Assembly: GCA_030141605.1 (NCBI GenBank)
Contig: JAQGDQ010000375.1
Location: 163,773 to 227,772, forward strand
From: Tubiluchus corallicola
Lineage: Eukaryota; Animalia; Priapulida
Length of the DNA: 64,000 bases
Direction: 5' to 3'
Shown: piece by piece, positions 1 to 16,046 of the stretch
Layout of the letters: each line of letters begins with the position of its first letter
How positions within the stretch are numbered: the first letter of the stretch is position 1
Notes under the pieces: generated by a model
Seen by the model: the letters and a program-made list of their open reading frames with translations, nothing else
Databases searched by the model: none
Told to the model about the DNA's origin: nothing
Translations under genes and position numbers: made by a program

Positions 1-617
1 AGATTGCAAGTTGTTTATGAAGGATGTCCAAACATGTTCTTCAAGGTTGCGTAGTAGTCCCTACAAGATCGTAGAATTTTGCTTTAGTGAGCACAGGAAC
101 TGCCTGCTGCTAAAACAATTAATCACAGAGATGAGACTTAGAAGAATATGTTTTCCGGTTAATGATACAATAAAGAAAGAACGACCAGTGACATCTTCTG
201 GCGGCAGCTGCTGTTTTTGTTAGGTGTGTATTTTATACAAGTCACGTGAGCTGCGTGGATCGTCGTTTGTTGATGTATGGGACTATGGAATCAGCAGAGC
301 GCAAACCTCCATTTAACTACTAACGCCGGCACAATGAATGTATATTGTGCCTTTCCTCAGTTGCTACTGCCGCCTGAATTCAGTTTGGTTGATATAAAAT
401 TAAATTAACTTTGTTAAGTTAACTAGTAGGCCATTTTTGACATGTAAAAACTCGTGATTTTGAAGAGAAAAGCGCAAGAATATCAAGTTGTGTCAGCACG
501 CAAAACAGTTTAATTTTCTTGATATCCGTCATGTTGAGGTCAGTCTTGAGACGTAGATCCTGATTATTGACGGTTCGTTATTTTTTCTGCTAATGTAAAT
601 TTGTTGCGGAAACAAAG

Positions 618-678
618 ATGTCGTTTCTCTGCAAAGCCTACCTGGGAAAAAAGAGGGAGAAGGTCGGACATCAACTAG
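618..678 (+). CDS. Probable first coding exon of Dlish/Vamana-like SH3 adaptor (MSFLCKAYLGKKREKVGHQL)
   Basis: aaagATG start and strong AG|GTAAGT donor at 679 (phase 1). The M-S-F-L-C plus basic patch resembles the Drosophila Dlish N-terminus as I recall it (MAFLCPVRMRRDKKK). Confidence 0.6.
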
Positions 679-830
679 GTAAGTTTAACTGCAGTTGATC
701 TAAAAACTGCATCGTTTTTAGACTCAGTTATATTTATTTGATTACTATATACGTAACAAATTGGAAAAAAATCTTTATTGGTGCCTTACATTTTCACAGA
801 TATTGTGTGCATTCATATATTAATATTCAG

Positions 831-869
831 GACGCTCCAAAAGAAACAGTGGACTAGCAAACGCTAGAA
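831..869 (+). CDS. Candidate exon 2 of the Dlish-like gene (GRSKRNSGLANAR)
   Basis: ttcag acceptor at 830 and A|GTATGT donor; open in the phase-1 frame continuing exon 1. It ends in phase 1, so one more unlocated exon or another donor is needed to join 17465. Confidence 0.4.
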
Positions 870-3800
870 GTATGTCAGTATCACACCATTCAACGTCTAA
901 AAAATAAGTATGGTCAATGTATGGTCATAAAATTGTTAGGAAAATAAAAATTTTTTACGAACATAATATTATTTTACGTCATTGTGATGTCACAATCCCA
1001 GAAATCCAGGTCAGTTGGAAATTTTTTCAGCTTATTATAGCATCAGCACATTTCTATTGCAGTTTCTTTTGGAACACCCTGTTTAACTTAAGGCTCATAG
1101 AAATGATACTAAATATTGTACACCTAATCTCAGATCATCACATTGTTGTACATGTATTTTGCCTTTGCGAGAATATTGCTCACAATAGTGTTTTTTATCT
1201 TTTATGCAACATTAACTGCTTTTACTATACGTGCTATGCACTCTATACTTTACACACATATACAATATAAAATATATGTAACATATAATATATAGTGTAT
1301 GTAATATATAATATATGTAATATATATATTCTTTCTTTCCATTTAGTTCGCTTTTATTTTTAATAACATTATGGTCCACCCCAGCGTACAGTAGGCAACC
1401 AGTCTATGTATGGTTATTACAAAGGAAGTTATGTTATAACTGGATGATTTTGGAACACCTGGCTCTAAGGAATAATTCGAATAGCCTTGGTGTTGCTGAT
1501 TATTTTTTGCCCACGTTAAATATTTCACGTACGGTTTTGATATCCATATCTGTTATTGATACTTAACGTAAATATATAATGTTTTCCTAAAGACATTTGT
1601 AAAAAATGTAGTTGTTTTTACAACAAAACACCTAAAAATTTCACTAACGTCACTAATTTCACTTCTATCACTGATTTTTTTAAATTAACAGAATTCATAA
1701 TCTGATACATATTTCTAATTTCGCATCAAGTTTATCTTTAATGAAGATGCTCTCATATCATTTTTCGTAACATAGCTTGTTGTTTTTTCCTGTTTTTCTA
1801 CACAGCTGTGTAGAGCGGTTACTAATTAGCTGCAGTATTTTAGTGTAATTAGTACGTATAAGAATTATAATCTTCAACAGTGAAATTCTTTACGGAAAAG
1901 TGAATTCCACTTGCTTCTACCTACCGATTGCTACGCAACTAAGTAAGCAAGTCTTCGTAGAGAAACTCCTTTAGATGTATTGCTTTAATGTTGAAAGTTT
2001 TTTATTGAACCTGTTAAGTACAGAGGTTGTAATACCTACATCATCTAATCCTTATTATTCCATGCAGCTGTATTGTATTTGCTAAAACGATACATTCTAC
2101 ATCACTCACCTGTCCTGAGCAGGTGTTCTGCCGTTGCGTCCCATTTTTTCCTACGCCAAGTATAAGTATTAATATTGGCACTTGAAGTACCACTTCACTA
2201 ACATCTAGTATTTTTTGTTTGTAACAAGCTTACATTATTGTGTTTTTGCAGCAATAACTGGCCCTTGATTTCTGACGGCACTACATTTCTTAACAGCTAT
2301 AACTTTTACAAAAAGAGGTACATAAATCTTATTGTAGGCAAAGGTTCAAATCTAGGTGTTTTTTGCATATTAAAGGAACACGATGTGCGTTGTTAACAAA
2401 ATAAAAATATCAGCATTCTAGTAAGTTTCGTTAGTAAAATTTTAAGGAATTTTGAAGCTTAAGCTAGACCGAGCTTTCAAATAATAAATAGAATAACGTT
2501 TTTAGAAATTGATTTTGATTATTCGCGTATGCCTAAGCATTTGTGAGCATATACAGGAAGAGAATGACGAATAAAACGCTTAATTTGCTTTTAAGAAAAT
2601 ATGAAACATAAATATATGTGAGTAACAGCGTAAACATTTTCTCTGTTTTGTCACGAATAACGTGTCCTGTTCATTTTCATTTCTTACATTTCAGTACATA
2701 CATAGCTTTTTGCTTTTTCAACAATTTGTTGCTTCATACAAATCATTCTATTATAGACAGAGAAGTCTCATCGATAGAGTAATAGCACAACTGACCTGTT
2801 TGTCCTATACCTTGATGCGGTTTGTTTTTCTTAATGTCTTAACGAGTTGTCAAAGCTCAACGCCGAGACGATGTGACCGTTTCGTCCTTAAAGAACGTTA
2901 AAAGCAGAAGCTGCACATTTTACGTTATCGTTGTAATTTAATATTCGTTGACATATGGTTAATAGATTTATAGCATGCATTCTTGGTAGAAAATCTGTTC
3001 AGTTTTATGACGCTGCAGCACATGTTTCAGGTGGGAAATGTGAGCAACAAAAGAAACGTTATCAGCTCCATGTCTCTTCATAAGGTTGACAATTTGGCAC
3101 ATAGCCAAATTTTTAAGCAGTTTTACCATTTTTACGTGCCGACTTAGTGTGACGAACCTGCATAAGATGCTACGATTTTGGAAAAGACAAATAAATGTTT
3201 TTAAGAACATTTCGGCTTGTATTCAAGTAAGATGTTTAAACACAAGTTCCTTTTTATGAAAAACATCATATTCTTTACTTCAGTCACAAAGCCACCACTT
3301 TTTTAGTCTTTTTCTTGCAACTGTGTTGAAAAGCTTTTAGCCGAAGACCTCCCAGTGTATAATTTTGCTTACTCGTCCGCTGAAATTTTAGACAACATAA
3401 CTTTTCGCAAATATGACCCAATTCTGAGTTTGTGTATTGCTAGATTATGGCTAAAGTTTTTGTGTTAGAGTAAAAGAAACACAATAAACAAAGGAAGTGT
3501 TCTGCTCCAAAATTTGTTTGACAAATTACTCAGCAATTAAATTTTCTACTCTCTTTGACAAAAGCGTCGAGTTTTGAACAGAACTGTTTTCTCATTTTGT
3601 TACTATTTTCAAGGCTTATTTGTTAAAGATTTTTATGTTTGATTGACGTTTGTGAAGAGCTAAAATACCATGCATTTATTTACAAGCTGCAGGCACAAAA
3701 CCAATCAAGTAAATAAATACGAAAATGAAAGTGCCTTAAGCGTGAAACTTCGGCTGATGTAATATCTTTATCAATAATCCAACTTCGCCACGCTTCTGAT

Positions 3801-6800
3801 ACAAAATAGCATTGTATAAATAACATGGAATTCGTGCGCCAAGCATCAAACCCGCAGCCTCAAAGTTGCAGGTGTTTGAGGTCAGAGCACTAGACGCACT
3901 ATTTTCACGGCTGTTGCGTTTTCAAGACGCCACACCTGTTGTTAAATATTGCGCCAACCACACGACTTTTTCAATAAAAAAGAGAAGATTTTTTGCTGAA
4001 TTACAAGTCGTGATAAATGGTCTCAACGGAAAAGCTAACTTCAAGGAGATTTGCATAAAATTTGTCTTTGTACGTGACTGCGCACGCGACTATGATTTAT
4101 GAGGCTTTATGATGGTCAGTACCAGTGACCGTTGAGAGTCCGAGCTATCGATGGCAGTATTCCGACGTGCTATTTTTGCTGCTTCTACAAAATTTGTTAT
4201 AAAAGTTAAAGGTTGCCCGTTAATAATGTTACCGTGGTAAACTTCTATATTTACATCTCATGTTTACAGACCGACTAATGGTATCAAGCTCAATGACCGT
4301 TGAAATATATTTACAATTCTGATAGGTGCTCCTAATCCTTCTAACCTGCCGATAAGAATACTTGGGATCTTAAACAGAAAACATCCACCATTCTTATGTA
4401 ATCACTTCTACTTTCGTACTCTCATTTTGACAGCAAAGCTCATATAACGACATGTAGGATAATTGGCCTTCGTATCTCACATTAGAAAGTGTGAAATATT
4501 AATATTTCTGATTGTATCGTTCAAAAAGTTGGTGCATTTGGGTCTGAACAAAAACAGTTCCCCAAAATACTTGATAAAATCTTCTCAATGGGAGTGGCAA
4601 TTGGGATTTTGGATTAACTACTTTAGACCGTTGTTGCAAGAATTAACGGCTCACATTTCCAGCATGGGAACTTTCCTGCCACCGTGGACATTTTCCTGAT
4701 AACATCAGCATTTCAGTGCTCAGTCAGACCACTGACAAAGCGACAAGCTGATACTGACAGCCAATGTTTAGAAAAATGCACTTTTCCTATAACTTGCTAT
4801 GCTGAATTACAAAATGACGGCCACAGATAACAAAATAACCAAGTGTTTCATCACGTCAAACTCATTCATTTCCCCTGACAATTACTGTGACTACCAATTA
4901 GGGTTATTATATGTTGTTCGTATGCAAAAGTTAGTAATAACAAAACCCAAAAAGTCAAAAAATTAAAAAGTAAAATAAAGGAGGACCCTAGGTGCTATTT
5001 TAAATATATTTATTTTTGTTGAGCGTGTATTAACAAAAACCAAAACTTATAGGAAGAGTAGAGTCTCGGTAGTAATTTTAAGTAACTGAAATGTGTGTCT
5101 TATAAAGTAAGACGTAGCTACACTACCATACCAAATTAATCAATTAAAATTAGTGTTGCTGAGATCAGCAACTCACACACATGCTTTTACTTCTGTGGAC
5201 TTTTATTTATTCTTTTGCTCAGAATATTATAATGCACTGCATTTCGCACAACGCCCGCATTACATAAATGCTCTGTATTGTTTGTCGTAAACACGATTAG
5301 CATATAAATTTGGTCACGTTGAATCAGTGATAAAGGTGAAACCGTTAACAATGCTACCAAACGTGATTATAATGCATTTAGCCAGTTAGATTAGTGCCTT
5401 TACATCGTAAACTACAGGTAGCAGTGTTCAACTTAATTCACGACTTCATTATTTTCTAATTACTACCTATATTCCGAAAGCATACATGAAGTACGATTTT
5501 CAACTTATTCAATTAATTTGTTTTTAAGGGTTAAAATTTAAAACGTATTGTCAAAAAAATAAAAGCAATGAAAACCACAAGATAGCAAACATGACAACAT
5601 CTGGTAAGCTGTATAGTGGACCATAACATAAAATAGTAGGTCACAAGTTAACACGTTAAAATAATAAGGTAGTACTTTAAACTAATTAGTACGCAAACTA
5701 TAACAATTAAAATTTATTGTGATGCCATAATTTAAGCCTGGCTATAAATGACTACCGATGTGGACCCATATTAGATAGCTCAGATTCTAAAGATACATAT
5801 AAGGTCACGATTTTAAGTCATATATGAGATCTAAGTTTTATGTTGGTAAAGCACTTAAATAAAAATTTATTAACGAAAGCTACATTCCGGCATCGTTACG
5901 TCTTCAAAGAAACATTAATTTGTTTTCATTTAACCTATTAGAGAAGTTTGGGCAAAGTTGTTTGTTTTATTGAAAGCAGCAATCCGTAGTTGTGTTGAGT
6001 GCCTCGATATATTTGCTTCATCTTCCAATATTTTATTTTGATTGCAACGTTGACAAAATCGTTGATGAAGTAGTATCTAACGTGGTTTGTGCTGACTTTT
6101 TTGTCTATAGCTAGTGTCTAGTTAGTGTGATTTTTAGTGAATTTTTTTATCTTGGGAGGTTGTTTTGCTCCAGGTTTTTCAACAATAATCATGCACTTTT
6201 GGTTTAATCAATATTAAACTTTAAGTTTATTCTTGACATTTTATGATTTTTGCTACACACGCAGTCCGGAAATACTACACCGCACTCACATTTTCTACTG
6301 GTACATTACAGCATTATTGATAAGCTTATTCAAAGAGGCAAATACCTATTGTTGTTAACAACCCATGTAATTATACCAAGCTGTTCCTTGGCCATTGGTC
6401 AAATTAGTAACAACCCTTGCATAAAGTTTAGTTACAGTAACAAAACAGCGGGAATAATGTCTACAATTTCCATAATCATAACACTGCATGTTTCCCATAA
6501 ATAACTCTGTGTTAGATTGTATGCAAATAAAAAAAGCAAAGCAGATTGGTGTGACATTGTTAGTCGACAGATGGCACTTTATTGACTTATAGCTGGTTTG
6601 CGCAAGGAGTACCGCTAACCATAAAGTGAAGGCTTGGTGGGATAGTTTTTTACTGCGTCCAACGGTCACCCGTCTTTGAGAACACGAATCATTTTATTAG
6701 ACCTGTATGATTAGGAGTACACCTATAAAATATGATTATAACCTAAAGAAAGAAAGACGCCAAGATGGAAAAGTAACTTGGCAAGGAATAAATTGAGATT

Positions 6801-7494
6801 CTTATCTGCAAAGTCTTACCGAAATTGTAAAATTGTTTTCAAACGTTCTACTAACCTGAAAAGGATAGGCATTTGAAGATGATTTCGGTCTGTGACTATA
6901 ATATTTTTCTCATTCAAGGTGTTAATGTCTGAGCACAATTAATCTAAATCACGCAATTGCATGTAGTATTGCTCGTCAGCATTGAGTTTTTAAATTTAAT
7001 TTGGCGTCTATGAACTCAATTCACAGATTTCAAGCAATCTAAATTCTTGTAAAGAACTTGATCACGGATACGTCATTATTTGGCATACAATACTGCAGTT
7101 TAAAGATGAGAAATTTAATTCGTTAGTTGCTGCAAATTATACGTGTACCAGATGAATGATACTAGAACTCTTCATCGCCAGTGGGCTGCATAACTTTTGT
7201 GATTTATATGGAAAAATCTCAAATTACCAAAAGCCGGTGGAATATTGCCTGATACATGACTAGTTATTAGAGGCCCTTGATGATAACGGCGCAGCTCCCA
7301 GCCGTGAGTAAAAAGACTATGTCACGATAATAACTTGCAGGTATTTACAGTACATGAATGTCCCACTCATGTTATTGGGTGCATTTGGTTTTTTTCAGCA
7401 GAGTCTAAAATAGTAACCTTGTAAATTTTTAAAAAAATTCTGTACGGCCAGTTGACGTTGAATGACGTTGTAGTCCTTTAGCAGATATTACAGA

Positions 7495-7772
<278 letters not shown>

Positions 7773-8959
7773 CCCCCTCTCTAATATGGTATGATTCTGA
7801 CCAGGAATTTTTTCCTTCTGTGCTTTTCCCTTGTGGTCTTAGTTCACTATGTTTAAGTACGTTTTTCTTTGTGTTATATTTTTAACTTTTCAAATGTGAT
7901 AGTTTTTTATGTGTTAATAATAATAATTATTATAAAAAAACACCAAAGTTTAGCAATCCCATTTCCTCTTTTTAATCTTTTAACCTCATAGTAAACCACA
8001 GTGGTGGTTTGAATCATTGTATTTTCTGTTTTTCATTAGTTGTGAAATTTCCCGTTAATAATTGCAAGCTTATTAACCTTTGATTGATCTCATCTTCGTA
8101 TCTTTTGAAAGTAGAATGCTACAGTTGAGCAAGTCTTCCAGCACGTCTAACTTTGACAATATTGTTACCAAACCCTGGTTATTTGGTACCAATGGCATTC
8201 AAGTACAATAGTGTAATCGGAAGTAGTATCCCATCTGCATAATTATTCCACGAACAAGGATACATCCGTCTGTCAAGTACCTTTGAAAACCTCATTTGCT
8301 TTTCTACCACACAAGTTGCATTTCCGCTAATCAGGTTACTTGTGACAAGAACAGTTGATTTTCCAATCGACAAAGGTTATTAACAAGGGCCAACTCTCAC
8401 CAACGATCTATATAAGGCTGTCCATATTGCAAGATTGCTAAAAGCTGGCCAGAAGATCACTAACAGGACACGTGGAGAAGTATGCAGTTCCTATTATTCT
8501 TCTACTCTCTAGTAAACAGTGCTTAATAAAAGGAACTTATACTAGTTATGAAGTTGACTGGTTAAACTGACTCAATCTATCACTAGAACCGAAGTGTCCT
8601 TCCACTTCCCACATAAAAAGATAGAGCCCTCCATAATTACGCTGCGTAATATCGAAGCAACTGGCTGATGAACAATTTCTAGATAACAATTTAATAAATA
8701 AATTAATGGACAAATGTAGTAAAGATAAATAATTGTGCGAGTGAGTGAGTGACAAAAAATGATCAGTGAATCATATAAGCTTCGAACTGCTTTATAGACT
8801 ATGATTAATTGGTTGTAAAACGGCTAGAAATAGGTAACTGAAAGGGCAGTTTAAAAGGTAAGTAGGCATGCAACTAAGCAAGTATTGGCAGTTAGGTAAA
8901 CAGGCGGAAGGGTATGTCTACATAGATAAATATATAAGTATAATATATAATATAATAGT

Positions 8960-9151
8960 GGAGGGTTAACACCTAAAGTATTTATTTCCAAGATAGTCTC
9001 CATTATCATTACCCGCATGTTTCTTCGATAAACCCGCGTGCTTGTCAGATAACCAGCAGTACCACTTTTTAACTCTTTGGTATGATTAGGTCGGGAGCTG
9101 AACTCGCGACCTACCGACTAGGAAGCGAGCATGCTACCATAGAGTTATACC
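8960..9151 (-). mobile_element. tRNA-derived SINE, MetaSINE-like core
   Basis: Minus strand: tRNA-like head (tggtagcatgctcgc...ggtcgcgagttcagctccc) followed by atcataccaaagagttaaaaagtggtactgctgg, which resembles the Meta core domain from memory. Confidence 0.5.
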
Positions 9152-12100
9152 CAGATGTGGTTTGTAAGTAGTTTAGGGTATAAAAGCAAAAATTAATATC
9201 TGTAATGGAATATAATGGACAGTGACTCAATATGACCGTTTTTGGAAAAACGGTTTACAAACAATCCAAAATTCTCCCAGTCTGATTGTAAATATCAACT
9301 GCGGTTTTTTTTTCTAATCAGTTTCTAATTCGATGCTGTGTAACTAATCCAAGCCGATGCGACTGCCAAACCTGTACATTTTTTACACACAACAGTCTAA
9401 ACTATTTACACAATCAACACACAGTACTTAGGAAATATTTTATTAAAAATATGCAGTACTTGTACAATATAACATGTAATTTAAATTGATATTGTATAAG
9501 AGCAGGCACTAGATAAGTCACGTTTGAACAAGTCACATATAGTACCAAAGTTTAAGTTAGAGTCATCTCTTAAGTCAGCGGTAATTCTACATCTACATAA
9601 AACATGTTTTTCGCTTTGATTGCTCGATTGCACCGCTCTCTTGGTATCCTCGCCCAAGCCTCATGTGAGGTAAACGCTGTTCTCGGTCTAGCAAACATTA
9701 GGTACTACTGTGCTAGTGACATGCCAGCACCATTTCCGTTACAAAGGCCACCAATTGTTATAAAAAAGATATATCACTGATAAATGAAGCTACGTCAGAA
9801 ATGAAAAACGATGCAAACAATCAGTGAAAGTCGTTTTTCATTTATCAGTTCTGGTTTATACTTGTTATTTACTTTTCTTTGTTTGATTCTCTGCTGGCGG
9901 AAGCTGAGGAAAAACTTTTAAGTATTATCCATGGGGTGCAAGCCTAAATTGCTGACCTCATGCTAAGCAAAGGAAGTTCTTTGAAAATTACACACCTTCT
10001 TGGTAATCAGAACTAATTGTGTCAATAAATAAGAAACACGAGTTTTCTATTGCGGGAATGTAATGAGTGACACCATATGATTAGACCACAGGTGCTAGTG
10101 CATTATTTGGCTACTTATCTCCAAGAAACGTCGGTAAAGAATCACTGGGGCAAACGCATGATAACAATTATTTCACTTGACGTTGGAACTATTCAACACA
10201 CACATTCTTTGCATTTAGAATTTCATTTATTGAAGCTAGTGAATACGGCCTTACTGTCAAACATACATATCTCACGTGACATAACGCATAAGTCGGCCTT
10301 GAATTAATCGTATAAGAGAAAATAATTAGTAAATAGAGCCTTTATAGGTAGAAATCATAATATGCAGTTTTTTCTAATAATTAAAGACCTATATAACCCC
10401 AACAGACATTGAAGTTTTTAAACGCATTATTATGGCTACATAAATAATTCACAGTTATTTTTACACAAAAGAAATTAATAAATTGAATAATTTACCTTTT
10501 TCTGGCGAATTTCGAACCAGTGCATTGCCGTGTTTCGCTTTTTTGGCGCGAGTGAGCGAAAATGACTTGCGCAATGCAGAAAGCATCTTTAGTTACCCAC
10601 GTTCGTTTACGAATCTTTGGTGACCTCATGACTGTACTCATAACGTCGTTCGTCTCGCACACCGAAAAATGGCGGTTCTTCAAATTTAATGGCGCTAACA
10701 ACAAAGTGATAAAAAAGTTTTACAGTAAGTTTATAATAAAACAAATTGAATATTCGTAATGAGAGTAGGATTTTTAAGTTGCAAAAGCTTATATTAGAGT
10801 AAGAGTTTAGTTTGACTTTAAGCTTTTTTAAGTTTCGTTCAGTAGCCAACGTATTCATCATTCAGATGCTAGCTTTTTAAACTGCTTTAGGGCTATTAGG
10901 GTTTTTCTTTAGTGTTATTGACGCTTTTTGATGGCCTGACAGTCATACCTTGCTATTACAGTATAATTTTGAATCTTTCTATACATTTCTGGCCTATACT
11001 TATTACGTAATACGCTTGTAGAGTTAAGTATGCAGTGAAGTATATTTCACAATGAGTTAATACATAGTTATGAAGAAATTAATGGAATTATTTCAATATT
11101 TCTGTATTTGACACGGAACTAATCGATGCTCTGGCTGGATAATAATACATTACTCTGAATGACCGAGTGATTGGTCGTAATTTATCATTACTAAATTATT
11201 GTTTATGCAATAAATGACAACTCTCGTACATTTTTACAGCAGAAGTGCTATTATTCATTCAAGATGTGTTTTCGACTTAGACCACACGCGGTATCAATAG
11301 TTCTTCCTTGGGTTTTAAAGTTAAAGAACAGTGGAAACATATTCCTTCCTGATGTACTGGTTCCTCACCTGTGTCATGCAGTCCCAAGTGCAACGTGATT
11401 ATCATAATAATTTAGTACCCAATTGAGTGTATGTTTTAGCTGTTCTCACCGTAATATCCAATTGTTATTAACTTTTACAATAGAGTAATTATACTAACGA
11501 AAGCTTGTAATTAATTAGAAGCTTGTGTAGGATAATTTAATATACAACCAAAATAATTATTGGACTTATAGTTACGACGCTGACACATAATGTAACTTTT
11601 GTTTAGATGTAGACTGGTTTTAGGTTTTATTTCAAAAACTGAATAACTGTAGGTTTAAGCCATCATTAAATTGTTAGACATGAAATTAAGATTAATGATA
11701 ATTTAATTAATTTCAGTTAGTTATAACAATGTAAGTTATGTCCATAAGACATGTGACGTTTCATTAATTAATAATAATGTAAATTGTCAATAAGATATGT
11801 GACGTTCCGACAAAGGAGATACTTTGCTGTGGTTTTTCTCACAACAGCTTACACTGTCAGATTTAGATATTAATGTTAAATACGTGAAACTGAAAAAAGT
11901 GCTAAAAACATCAATTTCTTACAAAAGCAGCTAAGATTTCGCCGAAGTTCTTAAATTAGCTGCAACCAGCAATCAACATAAGATTCAGTACGAATAGGTA
12001 CTACGAGCTAAAAAAAATAACAAATCTCTTGGGATCAGCAGTGTTGAGATAAACCTTATTTTGATGTAAGACTTCCTATACGCTCTATACAAGTGACGGA

Positions 12101-15100
12101 AACTCACACCTGCTTACTCACATTATGACCATTCATTTAACGGTCAAGCCAGGTGTATTTACCTGAATAATACCTGCATGCTACGACGATTCTATCATAA
12201 AAAGGTGAGATAAAAATGTGAGCAGTGATGTAGTAAATACGTCGCATCAAATTGAGTGTAACAATGAAGTGAGTGATAACGATGATTAAGAAATAGCATC
12301 AGGTATCACGAATGCTGATAACAGAAAAGAAAATAATTAAGATCCAGAATAGTAGTTAATACAACCGCGAAATGTTTGATCATATGACAAAAAGTGACAT
12401 TTCGTTTTTGCTTATAAGGAAAATGCAGATGTGACGGCCAATAAAAGTAGCCACATAATGGAGTGTAATTATAGGTTAAGCAATTTGCATAATGCACCTA
12501 CAGATAAGTATATTACGTCAGCCATGCAAATTGCACAGTGCAAGCTCATGCTGTGAAACATGCAGGTATTTGCACAACGTCTGAAGTATCACCACACACT
12601 TGTAATACTTGTAAAAAACGGTTGTATTAATCATGTCGTTATAATATTGTGTAAGAAGAATTTGTCTCTGACGTCTGTTCGACGATTTAATCTGCCCGTT
12701 TTTTCTTGGTGCGTCGCATTCTAATTTTTCCAAAAAAGCATTAATCATACCTTTTCAAATTGTTTATGTAATTTAACGAGACTGCTGTTTTCTTTTTGCC
12801 TTCGAGTAGTTTCAATTAACAACTTATACAACACACTTAAACTGCTACACACAACACACTATAGCAGCTAATTAAACTGCTGCATATACGCGGAAGCTAA
12901 CCTAGTATATGTTTTATGCATAGTTTATTATAATTATTTATTTAATGATTCTTATAAAAAGCTTCAACTTTCTTCGCAATTTGGCATTAGGACTGTTACT
13001 ATCAAAACAACTTGGTTAATGTTTAACCTGAATTGCAATACTATAAATTTTCACAAACATAATATATAAAATAAAGACGTCTCAGATAAGATTTGCCTGT
13101 AAGATAACTCAAACCGTTCTTATTATTGTTCTAACAAGATTAATCCTGCTTAACTCGCAAAACCGCTATCAATTCATGGGAACTGCATAGTCAAAGAGGT
13201 GCTGTTATTAACAAGAGCGTGAGCATTTTCGTTGAGACTTACTAATAACTGCAGACCTCAGACCTCTTCAAAAATTCGTTGGCCTAAATTTTGATACAAA
13301 AGCGTGAGAACGTTTGGTTGCAACCGAATTATCCGGATTTCAAAATCTTCAAACTAAGTCAATGAGTTTACATCCTTCATAAAAGCTAATGGTTCTTCTT
13401 CACTGGGGGCCGATGCAGGTTTAAGCAGAGCGCAAAAGTCAGTTGCTTCGACTGGTTAAACGTTAAATGAAATGCGCTAATATCGTTATTTCTAACTAAC
13501 GCTTGTTAACTGTCCATGAAAATAGCATTCATAACATAATCCTGGAGCAATTAAGATTTTAAGACTCAGTCTTGGCATCATCATGGCTTCGTCATCGATA
13601 GTAAATGTACATTAATTGCTCACACTTGTTGCCTGGTACACTGCCAGCACTACTACTAGTACTTAACAAACAGTAATTCGCATTCCCTGCGAGTAATCTC
13701 ACATCTATTCATTGACATAATATTTGCGACAGGGGCTGCTATCAGGCTGGTAGACGATAGAACTTTTTCGCGTTTTTTAAATTTTCTGACAACCTAATAT
13801 AATTTTTGAATTTTGTGTCTTCTGATAACCTAAGATGACATTCTGAGGCCTTTTTGAGGTTTGGGGGTCAGTTTCTTTGAAGTGTGTACAAGTAAGTATA
13901 AGATAGCACAAGGTCACACAAGTTCTAGCAAACTAAACTTTTTGAAGTACAAGAATAGCTGCTCATTCTCATGATAGTTAAGCAGCGATAGGTCTAATTA
14001 GTAAATGGATGAGTGACTGGTCCCTGAAGCTAACTGCTTGATCCTGGGTTGCAGTGTGTCGATTTTTATAAAAAATATCAATTATTCCTATTTCGTTAAG
14101 TTTATCCACGGAAGTAGGACAGAGTTTATTCAGTATTCTGCGCATGTGTCGTAACAGACGTTTTTTAAAATCTTTCACATTATTTGTCTTCGGCTATAAT
14201 AGCAAAATTGGAATACTTGTCGCGAGGAAGTTTTTTGTGACTATGTTGCCTGATTTTTTTTCTCAGTAGTATTCATAAATTATATATAATAACAGTAGCA
14301 AAGTTCTATAAATCCGCGTCAACAGAGGGTAAGCTGGCGTACCCACTAAGACTTGCGTCCTTGTACTCGTTGTTCACTGCACTCATTTCAATTTCGTCGG
14401 TTCTTTTTACATTTCTAACGTCTTAGTTATTTTAAAACGTTAAAGCTAAACGAATTTTAGGCAGGATTTAGAAGATTAACAGCCGTATTTACAAGAAATG
14501 CATGACCCTGTCCATAGTCCTATATTGTCTAATTACTGTACGGTACCCGCCTGTTTCTTTTATCGAGCAGCTCTATCAGCAACTTCAGTGGTTAAGTTGA
14601 GGAAGTACTGTTGTTTCACTTATCGTGAGCTCGAAACATTTTTGGAGATTTCTGTTTTGACTAAACTTACAAAATGAAAGGGGAACAATAGAAAAACCTG
14701 CCTGTATAGGAACACATTTTCCCAATGCTTTCTTTGTATTCACCATCAGTATTGGTTACTTAATGGTTATCGCAATAATGTCAACAACCACTTTAAGTTT
14801 AATTTATTCTCTCTCACTTGTTTGTGGATTGCGTTCATTAGTTTTAAGACACCCCGTCGTTTATTTGCACCTGTGATTTATTTTACGGGTCATTTACCTA
14901 TTGTAAGTAATGAACTTCAAAGTAGAACTATTAGCAAAAGCTGCATGCGTCATTGCAAACAAAACAAGTTTCAAACAATTTAGTTAAATTTTGACTTACC
15001 ACAACAAGTAGGATTATACTGTATTAGATTATAAAACGCTCTTCAATGACGTGTTGTGAAATATTATCAAAACAAATGCATTTTTAAAAAAGAATATTGT

Positions 15101-16046
15101 CTTGCTAGCGGTGAGTAACTCTTCAACTATGTACCTCAAAGAGATTTCAGACGTATTAAATCTAGAATATTTTTGCGAATTAAAATGCAATAATTTCAAT
15201 TAGGAAGCGAGCGGTTTTTACAATGGAGTATTATCTACACTTTCAACAGTAACTGACATATTTAAGTTTATGTTTGCGAAAGAGTAAATCCATTAATCTG
15301 ATTATTTTTCGCTAATCTTGTTTTGTTCGAACTGCGGATTAATCTGTTTTTCAATGAGCATTCTTTCACCGGTTTATTCGGTTTACGTGAAATGTAAATG
15401 CTTTTGATAGAAACTGATATTGGAACAGAGTTTTGGATAAATCTGGTTTAAACGGTCTGCACCTGCATTATTTGGTGTAGTACGCGCTTAGGCTATTATT
15501 CTTTCATTGCAGATAGTAAATCTAGATGTGGTTTTTACCTCAACGGTTTCACAGTGAAAATAAAATCACATTGTTGATTAAACAGTATTTGCTTTACGTT
15601 TTTCATTTCTTTTTTTGCTTCGTTCCATAGACGTTTTGTATTCATTTGTTTAAGCTTTCGGCGGATTTTTTTATGTATTCATTAAATGACTCCTCATTTG
15701 CTCACTCTGTTTTCACTTATTTATTTATGTAACTTTCATGTGTACATTTGTTTTTTGCCTCTTTATTCACTCAATTATTTATTTATTCATTCATTCATTC
15801 ATTCTTTTATCTATCCATTCATTCATTCAGTCAACATTAAACAGTCAGTCAACAGCCAGTCATTAAATCAGTCAGTCCGCCTGTCACTCCATTAGTTAGT
15901 CGGTCGGTCGGTCGACCGTTCATTTATTTATTCATCCAGCCATGTATTTGTTTGTTTATGCATGTATTATTTCAATTGGCTGGTTTCATTCGATCATATA
16001 TTTATTTGCTTATTAACATGAATAGTTTGCAATCAAATTACTAAAC

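Noticed and set aside
2968-3420. Possible decayed transposase fragment
   Set aside because: No diagnostic motif; multiple stops.
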